Assembly (NCBI GenBank): GCA_964566145.1
Contig: CAZMHN010000001.1
Coordinates: 16,945-80,944 of the forward strand
Direction: 5' to 3'
DNA from: an uncultured Gammaproteobacteria bacterium
GTDB lineage: Bacteria; Patescibacteriota; Patescibacteriia; Veblenbacterales; UBA10138
Length of the DNA stretch: 64,000 bases
The notes under the pieces are model-generated. The model saw only the letters and a program-made list of their open reading frames with translations, ran no database searches and was not told the origin of the DNA. Shown here in pieces: positions 30,402-39,298 of the stretch (position 1 is its first letter; each line of letters starts with the position of its first letter). The position numbers and the translations under genes were made by a program.

Positions 30402-31754
30402 TCAGTTACAGCATGAGGACATCTTCGGCTTCTCAAAATGCCAGGGCTCGGAACACAGCTTACAAAAACCCTGGTCACGCATAGCTTGGATGACAGCCGC
30501 CATGGCCGTATTCTGTTCGCACAACGTCTTGTTCTTAAGGCACTCCTTCTGGGTGATGGCCTGCACGCTACCCATAGATGGCCATACGTCCACCGCCCGA
30601 CCGGTGGTATGCGGACAACTTATCGGCCCGTTGTTCATCATGCACGTAGTGGGACGGCCAGGCTTTGGATTGCATGATATAGGCGGGTTGCACGGCGGAC
30701 TGGCACACGGGGTATTCTGACAGTTCAGGGCAATAAGCTCGCGTTGCTTGGCTTCACTGCGGAGGCCAGAAGCAATGACCAGGCTAATCCCTTTGTTCTT
30801 GAGCGCGCTCGCCGCCTTTTCCAAGTCAATCGCGATTGAATAATCCACCCGCTGGCCCGAGCTGTTTATGATATTGTCACCGGACACTGCCCATGCCGTT
30901 GGCGAACTTTGAGTGGAGACGTCCTCACTTGATTCCAGCGTATCAAGACTGAACTCTATGCGGTCTATTGGCGTAATTGCATCCAGAGACTGCAAATCAA
31001 CCAACGCCGGATTCACGAGCGAAAGCAGAGAATAGGAAATAAGCGCAATGACCAATCCGGACAATGCACTAAAAATTGTGTCGTTGGCATCAGTTATCTT
31101 GGTGGGACTGCCTGCGGCTATGATGCGCTTGAAGCCGCCCCACATCACCATGACCACGGCGACCACGGCCAGCATGGCCACAAAAAAGCGGTAGAAAAGG
31201 GCGAAATAATGCACTGCGGTCGAAGCGGTAATGACTATTCCCTCGCCTGCCCGGACGGTAAAGTTGGCTCCTCCAATAGTAATGCTACCCGGAATAGTAA
31301 CCTGTGGTATGAAAGTAACCGAGCTGGCTGGCGATGGAGTTTCAGAATCAAGATCAAGCGGCAAGGTTGACGCCACGGTCGATGATACAACAACTGCGTC
31401 ATCGATAACATCTTGCTCACCCCCAGGCGCCGCCAGCATCACTGTCTTGACACAGGCATACTCCGCCTGATTCGTACCGATGGGGCGATAACAGCACACG
31501 TACCTGGGAACGCCCGGCATGGAACTGCCTTCTAGGCCCGGACACATAACCTCATTTCCAGTTATACCGCAGGTATCATCGCTGGGGTCGCCTACGTTAT
31601 TGGTATTGTAGGCTGTGAATGCGGCCGGTAAATAGGCGCTGTCAGCGACCTTGCACGCTTCCGCCGCGTCCTGACCAGTCTGGGCCATAGCCAGCATAGG
31701 CACCACCAATGCCGTTACGCACCATATGCCGGATAAAATCCACAGCCTGCTCAT
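30402..31754 (-). CDS. Pilin-like (VirB2/TrbC-type TM hairpin) protein fused to a C-terminal M15 (VanY-like) Zn peptidase
   Basis: Signal peptide, Cys-rich N-region, TM hairpin ending in LSLVNP, then SGLRS..Q, PHTTGRAVD and EPWH motifs. Confidence 0.78.
   Translation of the reverse strand: MSRLWILSGIWCVTALVVPMLAMAQTGQDAAEACKVADSAYLPAAFTAYNTNNVGDPSDDTCGITGNEVMCPGLEGSSMPGVPRYVCCYRPIGTNQAEYACVKTVMLAAPGGEQDVIDDAVVVSSTVASTLPLDLDSETPSPASSVTFIPQVTIPGSITIGGANFTVRAGEGIVITASTAVHYFALFYRFFVAMLAVVAVVMVMWGGFKRIIAAGSPTKITDANDTIFSALSGLVIALISYSLLSLVNPALVDLQSLDAITPIDRIEFSLDTLESSEDVSTQSSPTAWAVSGDNIINSSGQRVDYSIAIDLEKAASALKNKGISLVIASGLRSEAKQRELIALNCQNTPCASPPCNPPISCNPKPGRPTTCMMNNGPISCPHTTGRAVDVWPSMGSVQAITQKECLKNKTLCEQNTAMAAVIQAMRDQGFCKLCSEPWHFEKPKMSSCCN
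31078..31196. repeat. Pilin-core repeat, copy 1
   Basis: 119 bp; 107/119 identical to 34626-34744 by manual alignment. Confidence 0.9.
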
Positions 31755-31773
31755 ATCTCAAGCATAAAGGTGC

Positions 31774-32424
31774 TTAGAGTTGCTGTCGAATTATGGCTTC
31801 CAGATCGGAAGCGGTAAGCAGGCCGCTCCACGCCTGGCCGTTGATTACAAAGTAGGGCGTCCCGTCGATGCCTATGGCGTCCCCCTCCCGCCGATTGCGT
31901 TCTACTATCGCCTGCGTCTCTTTGCCGTCCAGACACCTTATGAACTGCGGCAGCCTTAAACCCACCTCTCCCGCCAGCTCAACATAGGCATCGTTGCCCA
32001 AGCGTGCCTGTTCACGGAACAGGACGTCGTGGTACTGCCAGAATTTGCCCTGCTGATGCGCACACTGCGCCGCTATAGCCGCAGGCAGTGCTTCGTCGTG
32101 TCCAGGCACCGGGTAATCCTTCCATACCAGCCTGGCCTTGCCGCCGGAACTCTCAACCGCCTGCCTTGCCGCCGGAGCGGACTGGGCGCAATAGGGGCAC
32201 TGGAAGTCGCTGAACTCGACTATGGTGACATTGGCGGTGCCAGACCCCAGGCTGGGATCAGCCGCGAACACCTGCACTTGCGCAGGCAACTTATAATCCA
32301 ACGGCTCCTCGAGCGGCACTGGACCGGAAGAGCCCTTGGGCCAAGCTTTCACTGCTGCCATTGCCAGCACTATGCAACTCACGCCTAGAAGCCAGAGCAA
32401 TGGCGAACGAATCCACGCCGGCAT
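31774..32424 (-). CDS. DsbA-family thiol:disulfide oxidoreductase, membrane anchored
   Basis: EFSDFQCPYC active site, cis-Pro motif GTPYFVING, N-terminal TM. Confidence 0.93.
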   Translation of the reverse strand: MPAWIRSPLLWLLGVSCIVLAMAAVKAWPKGSSGPVPLEEPLDYKLPAQVQVFAADPSLGSGTANVTIVEFSDFQCPYCAQSAPAARQAVESSGGKARLVWKDYPVPGHDEALPAAIAAQCAHQQGKFWQYHDVLFREQARLGNDAYVELAGEVGLRLPQFIRCLDGKETQAIVERNRREGDAIGIDGTPYFVINGQAWSGLLTASDLEAIIRQQL

Positions 32425-32433
32425 AGCGAGTCA

Positions 32434-33663
32434 CTACTCCGATAACTGCATACTTCGCAATATGCCCGTAGCGTCATCCGTAAAATACAGGAACCGTCCG
32501 TCCCCGGAAACAGTCAGATTCCCTGTCGTAACGCCTTCTCCCCGCTCGTTGACCGGCGAACCCACCACCGTGGTACTGCCGGTCGTATAGTCGATGCGCC
32601 AAACGGTGTCTGGCACGCCCTGCGCCATCTCGCGCGCAAACCCGGCGCCAGCTGGAAGCTCCTGAGGCACGGCGCAATAGGCCGCCGAACCCGCGAAAGT
32701 ACATTTATCGGCCCAAGTGGACAGATTCAAAGTCTGGTGGTTTGAGCCCACCCGGTCAACCGAACCGTCCACCAGGTAAAGCATGGGCTTGTAGTCGGTC
32801 TGATCGCTGTACGCCGAATACAATATGCGCTGTCCGTCCGGAGTCCACTTGGGAGTAAAGCCCCGGCCTTCCACGTTCAGGGCTCGGTAATTCTCATCGT
32901 TGAAGCCTATGAGAAGAACTTGCTGTTCGAACACGCCCTGCGCCTCGCCGGTACGAGACAGCGCTACCACCTGGTTGTTCGGCGCCCATTCTACATCCAC
33001 CTTGTCCGCGTTGTCGCCCATAGGCTCTATGCCCCTGAGATTCGAGCCGTCCGGATTCACGGCCACTATCCAATTGTCAGCCGTACGGTCGCTCAGGAAC
33101 TTGCCGGCCAGCTCGCTACTGTCGTATGAAAAGGAAAACTCAGCCATCTCCTGGGGGAGCGTGTACTGCTTCTGCGTACGGAAATCGTACACGATGTTGG
33201 CGCCATCCGGGAACTCAAGCACGGCCTTGTCCTTGGAACCGGCCCAGGTAATATCCTGCACGTTGCAATACGTGGCCTCGGCCAGGCGGCTACGGTTGCC
33301 GCTCGCGTCCACCTCGTAGAACTGACACGTAGCCGCGTCGTAGTACCGCACCGTCCCGCTTGAAGTCACCTCCGGATCCAAGGCCGCGCCGCTGGTAAGG
33401 GCCGGTGAAGCGGTAAGGCCTCCGTCAGCTACGAGCGAAGCTTCCGGGAACACAGGCACTCCGATACCCGGCTCGTTCGTGCCTGGCGCAGGTCCGCCTT
33501 CATTCACGGCCGGAAAGCCTCCTGGCGGAGTTACGTTCACGTTAGTAGGCGGCTCAACCGGCTCCGGACGCCACACCAGGTACATAAGCCAGGCCAGCAC
33601 TATGATGCCAACGGCGACCACCGCCATCAAAATAAGCTTCCGTCTGTCCAAATTCTCAAGCAT
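32434..33663 (-). CDS. Membrane-anchored TolB/WD40-like beta-propeller protein
   Basis: N-terminal TM, Pro-rich linker, blade motifs FSFSYDS, EWAPNN, PKWTPDG, VSGDGRFLYFTD. Confidence 0.75.
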   Translation of the reverse strand: MLENLDRRKLILMAVVAVGIIVLAWLMYLVWRPEPVEPPTNVNVTPPGGFPAVNEGGPAPGTNEPGIGVPVFPEASLVADGGLTASPALTSGAALDPEVTSSGTVRYYDAATCQFYEVDASGNRSRLAEATYCNVQDITWAGSKDKAVLEFPDGANIVYDFRTQKQYTLPQEMAEFSFSYDSSELAGKFLSDRTADNWIVAVNPDGSNLRGIEPMGDNADKVDVEWAPNNQVVALSRTGEAQGVFEQQVLLIGFNDENYRALNVEGRGFTPKWTPDGQRILYSAYSDQTDYKPMLYLVDGSVDRVGSNHQTLNLSTWADKCTFAGSAAYCAVPQELPAGAGFAREMAQGVPDTVWRIDYTTGSTTVVGSPVNERGEGVTTGNLTVSGDGRFLYFTDDATGILRSMQLSE

Positions 33664-33667
33664 ATGC

Positions 33668-35098
33668 CTAGCGGTCAGGGAAATTGGCCCGTGTAATGTT
33701 TAGATCGCACACGAACGGAGTCCTAATACTTCCATCCTGATTCAGTATCGCACTTTCCGGTATCAAACTGGAAGCGGGCACGGCACCCCAATCCAATCTG
33801 TCAACCGCCGCGGCCTTGGGGTCACTGGCACTGGGCGACGAACCGGAAATGTGCTTTGTTTCGCCGGCTTGACAAGAAGAAGCATCCACAGCATACCAGT
33901 CATCTGACCCGGAGCTTTCAACTTCGACTAAAAGTGCATAGCCCTTGCCTCCTCCTGATGAGGAACATAAGGCCGACGGTCGTAACGGCATATAGGAACG
34001 TTCTCCGGTCATTCCACCGCCCTGGCCCCAACAATTAGAAACGGCATAGGCTGATTTGCCCTCGACGTCAATGGTGCTGACATTAGGTGCATTTGGTTCG
34101 CTTACGCTACAATCAAAACCTGAAGCAGGGTTAGTATTATTACATATTATCTGTAAATCAATGTAATTAGTCTCGATTCCAGTGAGCTTACCCTGTATCA
34201 GATAATTACTACACGCATATTTCGGACTGTCGCTATAAAGATTTTCAAAACATCCTTGTCCGCCATCGCATTCTATCCCGATACATTCATTTCCATTGAC
34301 TACAAGTGTCCTTCCGCATGTCACTAATGGCCGCTGCGTTATAAGTTCAGCGCTGGAACCACCACACTGTCCACCGCCCGGACAATCTGAGTTCTGATAA
34401 CAATCCATCCTGTTGCGGTCTCCGCCTACACATTTGCCGGTTTTGTCATAGTATCCCACGCTATACAGCCCCGGATTCTCGCTGTACTTAGGACAGAAAC
34501 CGAAAAAATCCGGCTTGACCATTTCTATGGGCGGCAGGGTGTTCAAGACCAGTCTTGGGTTCACCAATGAAAGCAAAGAGTAGGACAAGAGCGCTATCAC
34601 CAGGCCTGAAATCGCACTGACAATCGTGTCGTTGGCATCAGTTATCTTGGCGGGACTGCCCGCGGCCATAATACGCTTGAAGCCGCCCCACATCACCATG
34701 ACCACGGCCACCACAGCCAGCATGGCCACGAAGAACTTGTAGAACGCCGCCAGGTATTGCGGGAATCCGCCCGTGACCTTGCTTCCGAAGCCGGGAATGG
34801 GCACCTGGAGGTCTATGTTCGTACTGCCTACAAAACAGCGGGCTGTTTCCACGTCAGCCGTACCCCGGCAGTTCTCCACGCTCCATTGGTCATTCTCCCC
34901 ATTTCCATACACCGGATTTCCGCGAAATACGTTTCCCTTGCCCCATATGCCCTTGGCCCCTTCGCAATCAGCTTCCAGCCAGCAACGCTTCTGCAACGCC
35001 TCATCCAATCCCGAATCGGCGGCCAACGCCGGCAGGGCCACCCACGGCAACACCAGCACCGCCAATGATACGAGTAAAATGAAAAATCTCCTGTTCAT
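33668..35098 (-). CDS. Pilin-like protein with a Cys-rich C-terminal domain
   Basis: Signal peptide (ALA-ADS), the same TM hairpin as 30402-31754, then a Cys/Gly-rich region. Confidence 0.75.
   Translation of the reverse strand: MNRRFFILLVSLAVLVLPWVALPALAADSGLDEALQKRCWLEADCEGAKGIWGKGNVFRGNPVYGNGENDQWSVENCRGTADVETARCFVGSTNIDLQVPIPGFGSKVTGGFPQYLAAFYKFFVAMLAVVAVVMVMWGGFKRIMAAGSPAKITDANDTIVSAISGLVIALLSYSLLSLVNPRLVLNTLPPIEMVKPDFFGFCPKYSENPGLYSVGYYDKTGKCVGGDRNRMDCYQNSDCPGGGQCGGSSAELITQRPLVTCGRTLVVNGNECIGIECDGGQGCFENLYSDSPKYACSNYLIQGKLTGIETNYIDLQIICNNTNPASGFDCSVSEPNAPNVSTIDVEGKSAYAVSNCWGQGGGMTGERSYMPLRPSALCSSSGGGKGYALLVEVESSGSDDWYAVDASSCQAGETKHISGSSPSASDPKAAAVDRLDWGAVPASSLIPESAILNQDGSIRTPFVCDLNITRANFPDR
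34626..34744. repeat. Pilin-core repeat, copy 2
   Basis: Direct repeat of 31078-31196 with 12 mismatches. Confidence 0.9.
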
Positions 35099-35099
35099 A

Positions 35100-35630
35100 C
35101 TATTGTGCTACCCACTTATACACCGTGCCCGCAAGCTCGCATCCGCCCACCTTGCCGAACAGACCCAAAACTGGCGATACGGCCGGGCCTAGGTTTTCGC
35201 ATGCCATGGCCGGGTCACTAACCAACGCGTAAACCACGCCGAACACTATAATCAGAATTGTAAGCGCAAAAAGCATTAATCCGTAATTGACCGCCTTTTC
35301 CCAGCCAGACTGTTTCCACCATGGTATAACGATTGGAAAAATTATTGTCTCTATAAACGACCAGGATAACAAGGCCCAGATGGAAATAAACACGTCGCCC
35401 AAGGATGTGGTGCCGAACGTCACTCCTTTTATCAGCCAACCTATCCTCTTCAGCTGTTTCAGTTTCTTGGCTAGACGTTCGACTGACTCTGCCTTACCCT
35501 GCAGAGCCGATGCCGCGGCTTTCCCAGCTACCCGCTTTGCCAATTCGCGCTCGGCCACCAAGGCTACCTGCGTCTCGCGTGCAACGGCCGCGCCCCTAAC
35601 CACGGCAGCGGCAATGGCAGGTAAGGGCAT
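35100..35630 (-). CDS. Hypothetical membrane protein in the T4SS-like operon
   Basis: 176 aa; Ala/Lys-rich N-terminal helix and 2 TM; 1-3 bp gaps to neighbours. Confidence 0.75.
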   Translation of the reverse strand: MPLPAIAAAVVRGAAVARETQVALVAERELAKRVAGKAAASALQGKAESVERLAKKLKQLKRIGWLIKGVTFGTTSLGDVFISIWALLSWSFIETIIFPIVIPWWKQSGWEKAVNYGLMLFALTILIIVFGVVYALVSDPAMACENLGPAVSPVLGLFGKVGGCELAGTVYKWVAQ

Positions 35631-35633
35631 AGG

Positions 35634-36200
35634 CTACTGCTCCCACCTGGCGCTATCCACCAGCCACTGACCGCCGCTTAGCACCATGGACAACCTTAGT
35701 TTTTGATAAGACAGTCTGGGCGCCTCCTCGCGCGCAAAGCGCTCCTGCCGCTGTACTTGCACCCAAACTTCGGCCGAAATTTCCCCCTGCTGGATCACTT
35801 CTAGAACGAGCGCCCGCGAGGAAGAGCTGTAAAACGCCGCCGGTTCGCCCGCGCCCGAATCCATGGTTCGCTCGACCTGCCGGCGTAAGCCTTCGGTGTA
35901 GAACCGGTCGAGTGCTTTCAAATTTTCGAATGGCGCGTCTGTGGAGTAACTGCCGTACCCCTCGGCAAAGGCGTAAGCAGTCTGCTGAAGGCCCAGGGTG
36001 TTCGTGTCAACGGCCGGTTCGCCTGCGGGGGCCGGCTGAATCGGATCAGGAGCGGAGGCCTCGGGCGATTGTTCTGTTATGGGCGGTTGCTCTATCCGGC
36101 CGCTGGATGTGCGCGAGGACCACAGGCTCCACGCGGCTATGCCCAGGGCCGCTATCAGTGCTGCCGACAAGGAAATTATGATAAGCAGACGTCGGTTCAT
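35634..36200 (-). CDS. Bitopic protein, putative VirB8/TcpC-like (NTF2 fold)
   Basis: N-terminal TM, Pro linker, AYAFAEGYGSYS helix, C-terminal beta strands ending GGQWLVD; adjacent to virB4. Confidence 0.55.
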   Translation of the reverse strand: MNRRLLIIISLSAALIAALGIAAWSLWSSRTSSGRIEQPPITEQSPEASAPDPIQPAPAGEPAVDTNTLGLQQTAYAFAEGYGSYSTDAPFENLKALDRFYTEGLRRQVERTMDSGAGEPAAFYSSSSRALVLEVIQQGEISAEVWVQVQRQERFAREEAPRLSYQKLRLSMVLSGGQWLVDSARWEQ

Positions 36201-36206
36201 GTCTTT

Positions 36207-38081
36207 CTACCCTATCTCCGGCTCCTGCAGGCTGGCCTCGAACTGTTTCTTGGCCTCTTCTATCTCCAGAAGCTGCCTGGGGTCGCTAGTTATGAGCTGA
36301 TCCTCGGTGTAGCTGGCCACCACCTTGATGGCGGCGTGCTTTGAGCCGGCGAAGAATATACCCTCGCCTACCCCGCACTCCAGCAATAAGTACTTCTCAC
36401 CCTCGGTCAGAAGGAAGGTCTTCACCACAATGTCGATGCCGGCTGACGACTGCTTCAACAGCAGTTGCAGGCTGGAATTCGTGACTATGGCCTGTCCGTA
36501 GGGGCTGGTCAGGAAATCGTTCACGTCTTGCGTAATTGTGGTAACGCCAAGGTAGTACTTGCGGCAACGTTTCACCAACGCGAAGATGAATTTGGCAGAG
36601 TCCTCGTGCTGCATCAGCCACCATGCCTCGTCGATGACCAAAATGCGTTTCTTCAATTGTGACCTGACCACGTTCCAGATGTAGTTCACGATGGTGTATA
36701 TGGCGATGGGCCTGAGCTCATCCTCCAAATCCCTGACCGAGAACACCACCAGCTGGTTCCGCACGTCAACGTTAGTGGGACTGTTGAACAATCCGGCAAA
36801 AGTACCCTCCGTATACTTTTTGAGCCGCAATACCAAATCCTCCCCGCCCTGCATGCCCGCCAGCACTTCTTCGAAATCCGCCATGACCGGCGACTCCGCC
36901 TTAGACAGGTCCGTAGTAGAGGTAATGTCCTTCTTGGCGTAGGTTTCAATGAGTGCGCGGTCGATGATGGAGTCCTCCTGATGTGTAAGGTTGCCCAGCA
37001 TCAGACGCATCAGGCCCTTCAGAGTGATGACGGCTGAACGTATAATGTCGCCGGTCTTCACGTCGCCTACCGGGCGCGGCAAATCAAACGGGTTTATCTT
37101 GGCGTCCGAATTCAGAGAAATATTCACGTAGGTCCCGCCCACGGCATCGCACAGGTGCTTGTACTCCATTTCCGGGTCAACAATGATGACGTCCGTACCC
37201 ATCATGAGCGAACGGAGCACCTCGAGCTTCACGGCGTAGCTCTTGCCAGCGCCCGATGTGGCGAACACCACCATATTGGCGTTCTGCAAGCTGAATCTGT
37301 CGAACAGAATGAGCGAATTATTGTGGCGGTTGATGCCGTACAGTATGCCGTTATCACTGGTCAGCTCGGCGGAGATGAAAGGGAAAGACGAGGCCACCGG
37401 CGACGTGTTCATGTTGAAGTAAATCTGCAGTTCGTCGTTGGCCAACGGCAAGGTGGAGTTGAATCCCTGTTCTCCCTGCCACAGCGCGCGTCGGGAGTAG
37501 ACCAGCTTGGAGCCGATGATGGATTCCACCTGTTCGGTAAGCTTGTCCAGCTCCTTTTTATCGTGGGAGTAAATGGTGGCATAAAGCGCGAACTGGAAGA
37601 AGCGCTCGATGCCTTGGGTCAGGTCGTCCCTAAGCTTCTCAATGTCCCTAAGGGCTGTTTCGCGTATGGGATCCCTGGGTGCGCCCTTGTCATGGTCAGC
37701 CACTATCTGCGCCTCCAGTGCGCCCACTTTGTTCCGGAGCTGCTTCAGGATGACTTCGGACGGCACCTGGTAGAAGAACATGCCCACGTCCAAGGTGGCG
37801 TTCAGGTTCACGATGGGGGCGAACCACCCCACGGATATGTACCTCGGGTACGACAGCACGAACAAGGTCCGGAGGTAGAGGTCGTTGAGCTCCACGTGAT
37901 CGGGCATGATGCGGAAACTGGCCGGCGCGATAAGGTCCCGTACGCGGACCGCCCCTTCCCGCAATATTCTTTCAGCCTCCAGTATCTCCTTTTGCGTGCC
38001 AGTCGGAATAACCTGCTCCGGGGGCGGAGCGGCCGTCTCCTTGAGCTGTTTCTGCACCTTGCTTTTCGTAAAAAGTCCCAT
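36207..38081 (-). CDS. virB4: VirB4-family T4SS ATPase
   Basis: GILYGIN, NANMVVFATSGAGKS (Walker A), IVDPEMEY, INPFD, ILVIDEAW (Walker B), KRCRKY, ITQD. Confidence 0.92.
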   Translation of the reverse strand: MGLFTKSKVQKQLKETAAPPPEQVIPTGTQKEILEAERILREGAVRVRDLIAPASFRIMPDHVELNDLYLRTLFVLSYPRYISVGWFAPIVNLNATLDVGMFFYQVPSEVILKQLRNKVGALEAQIVADHDKGAPRDPIRETALRDIEKLRDDLTQGIERFFQFALYATIYSHDKKELDKLTEQVESIIGSKLVYSRRALWQGEQGFNSTLPLANDELQIYFNMNTSPVASSFPFISAELTSDNGILYGINRHNNSLILFDRFSLQNANMVVFATSGAGKSYAVKLEVLRSLMMGTDVIIVDPEMEYKHLCDAVGGTYVNISLNSDAKINPFDLPRPVGDVKTGDIIRSAVITLKGLMRLMLGNLTHQEDSIIDRALIETYAKKDITSTTDLSKAESPVMADFEEVLAGMQGGEDLVLRLKKYTEGTFAGLFNSPTNVDVRNQLVVFSVRDLEDELRPIAIYTIVNYIWNVVRSQLKKRILVIDEAWWLMQHEDSAKFIFALVKRCRKYYLGVTTITQDVNDFLTSPYGQAIVTNSSLQLLLKQSSAGIDIVVKTFLLTEGEKYLLLECGVGEGIFFAGSKHAAIKVVASYTEDQLITSDPRQLLEIEEAKKQFEASLQEPEIG

Positions 38082-38092
38082 AGTCACCCTGC

Positions 38093-38809
38093 CTATACGG
38101 GTTGCTCGTCAGGCAACACCGCAGTGGTCCGGTCAACCTGCAATTTATCTATGTCCGTCATGGGTTGCTGGCCCTTGAGCTCCGGGTTGTACGTGGCGTA
38201 GTACAGTTCAATCAGGCTTTGGGTATCCAGTCGAGCCACCTTCAGACTAATGGAGTTCAGTCCTGTGGCCACAAAATCACACCGCTTGGCCAGCTCATCC
38301 GCGTGATGCTCGAACTCCTGGCGGTTCAGACGCACGTGCTTGGCGGCGCTGAAGGCGGATAGGAACCGCGAGACAGGGCTCCGCTGTTTGTCGGATACCG
38401 GACTGTACGGCACCACCACGAAAAACCGCTTGGTCATGATGTCGCCCAGGCTGATAAGCTCCTTGATGTAGTTCAGATACTCGCTTATCTGCACCCGCAG
38501 AAGCTCGTTCGTTTGTTGCTTCTCCAGGTCGGCCAGGTTCTTGAGGTATGAGTCTATGTTGAGCTTCCTGGACTGAATGACTATCTGGAGCGGGAAGTCG
38601 AGCGAATTCAGGAACTGCATGTAGGCCTGGATGGTGGCCGTCTGCTCGTCCTCGCTCTTCAGGGCAAAATTTATGGATGAAGCCAAGAGCACGCCCCGGA
38701 GCGTTCCGTCGCGCATAATGACGCATCCGTCCCGCACCTCGGCGATGTCGAGATACGAAGACGTAGGCGGTCCGACTTTCGACTTGGCTAATACATTCCT
38801 AAGCGGCAT
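38093..38809 (-). CDS. Protein resembling the N-terminal region of monoderm-type VirB4, encoded separately
   Basis: DIAEVRDG...SSINFALKSEDEQ...FLNSLDFPLQIVIQSRKLN; lies between prgI-like and virB4. Confidence 0.7.
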   Translation of the reverse strand: MPLRNVLAKSKVGPPTSSYLDIAEVRDGCVIMRDGTLRGVLLASSINFALKSEDEQTATIQAYMQFLNSLDFPLQIVIQSRKLNIDSYLKNLADLEKQQTNELLRVQISEYLNYIKELISLGDIMTKRFFVVVPYSPVSDKQRSPVSRFLSAFSAAKHVRLNRQEFEHHADELAKRCDFVATGLNSISLKVARLDTQSLIELYYATYNPELKGQQPMTDIDKLQVDRTTAVLPDEQPV

Positions 38810-38818
38810 AAACAAATA

Positions 38819-39271
38819 TCACTCCTTGCTCTTGGCTCCAAACTCGTCTTCCGGCTGATACGCTCCTCCGGTATCCACGACCAACGACAACTCCTGTAGC
38901 CGGGAAGACGGGACGTAAGGCTTGGTGCGGTGAGTTTCCGGAACGGCCGTGGTGGCGCGGCCGCGCGCCGGAGCCACATCGGTAAGTTCAGTCGGCTTCT
39001 GCCACACCCGCACCTTGGGCGTGAAGAACGTAGCGAAAAAGTTGGACAGGAAGAAATGGAACGGCATCCCGTTCACTTTCATGAAAGCGAACAGCGCCGT
39101 CAGGAACACGGTCACCAACGCTTCTAAAATGAACAAGCCGAAATCAGCGAACTTGAACTCCAAGAACAGGAGGAATCCGGCCACCAACATAACTATGAAC
39201 TGACGGACGGTTACGGGGCCGATTATCTTATCCTCTACATCTATGAACTGCGGGACGACGAACTGTTGCAT
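38819..39271 (-). CDS. PrgI-family (VirB3-like) membrane protein
   Basis: MQQFVVPQFIDVEDKIIGPVTVRQF, 2 TM, then KVNGMPF. Confidence 0.85.
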   Translation of the reverse strand: MQQFVVPQFIDVEDKIIGPVTVRQFIVMLVAGFLLFLEFKFADFGLFILEALVTVFLTALFAFMKVNGMPFHFFLSNFFATFFTPKVRVWQKPTELTDVAPARGRATTAVPETHRTKPYVPSSRLQELSLVVDTGGAYQPEDEFGAKSKE

Positions 39272-39298
39272 ATAAAGTAAGTGTACCACGCGCCCGGT

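Noticed and set aside
31078-34744. Pilin repeat pair as a diversity-generating retroelement TR/VR
   Set aside because: No reverse transcriptase is present, mismatches are not confined to adenines of one copy, and both copies encode a conserved TM core.
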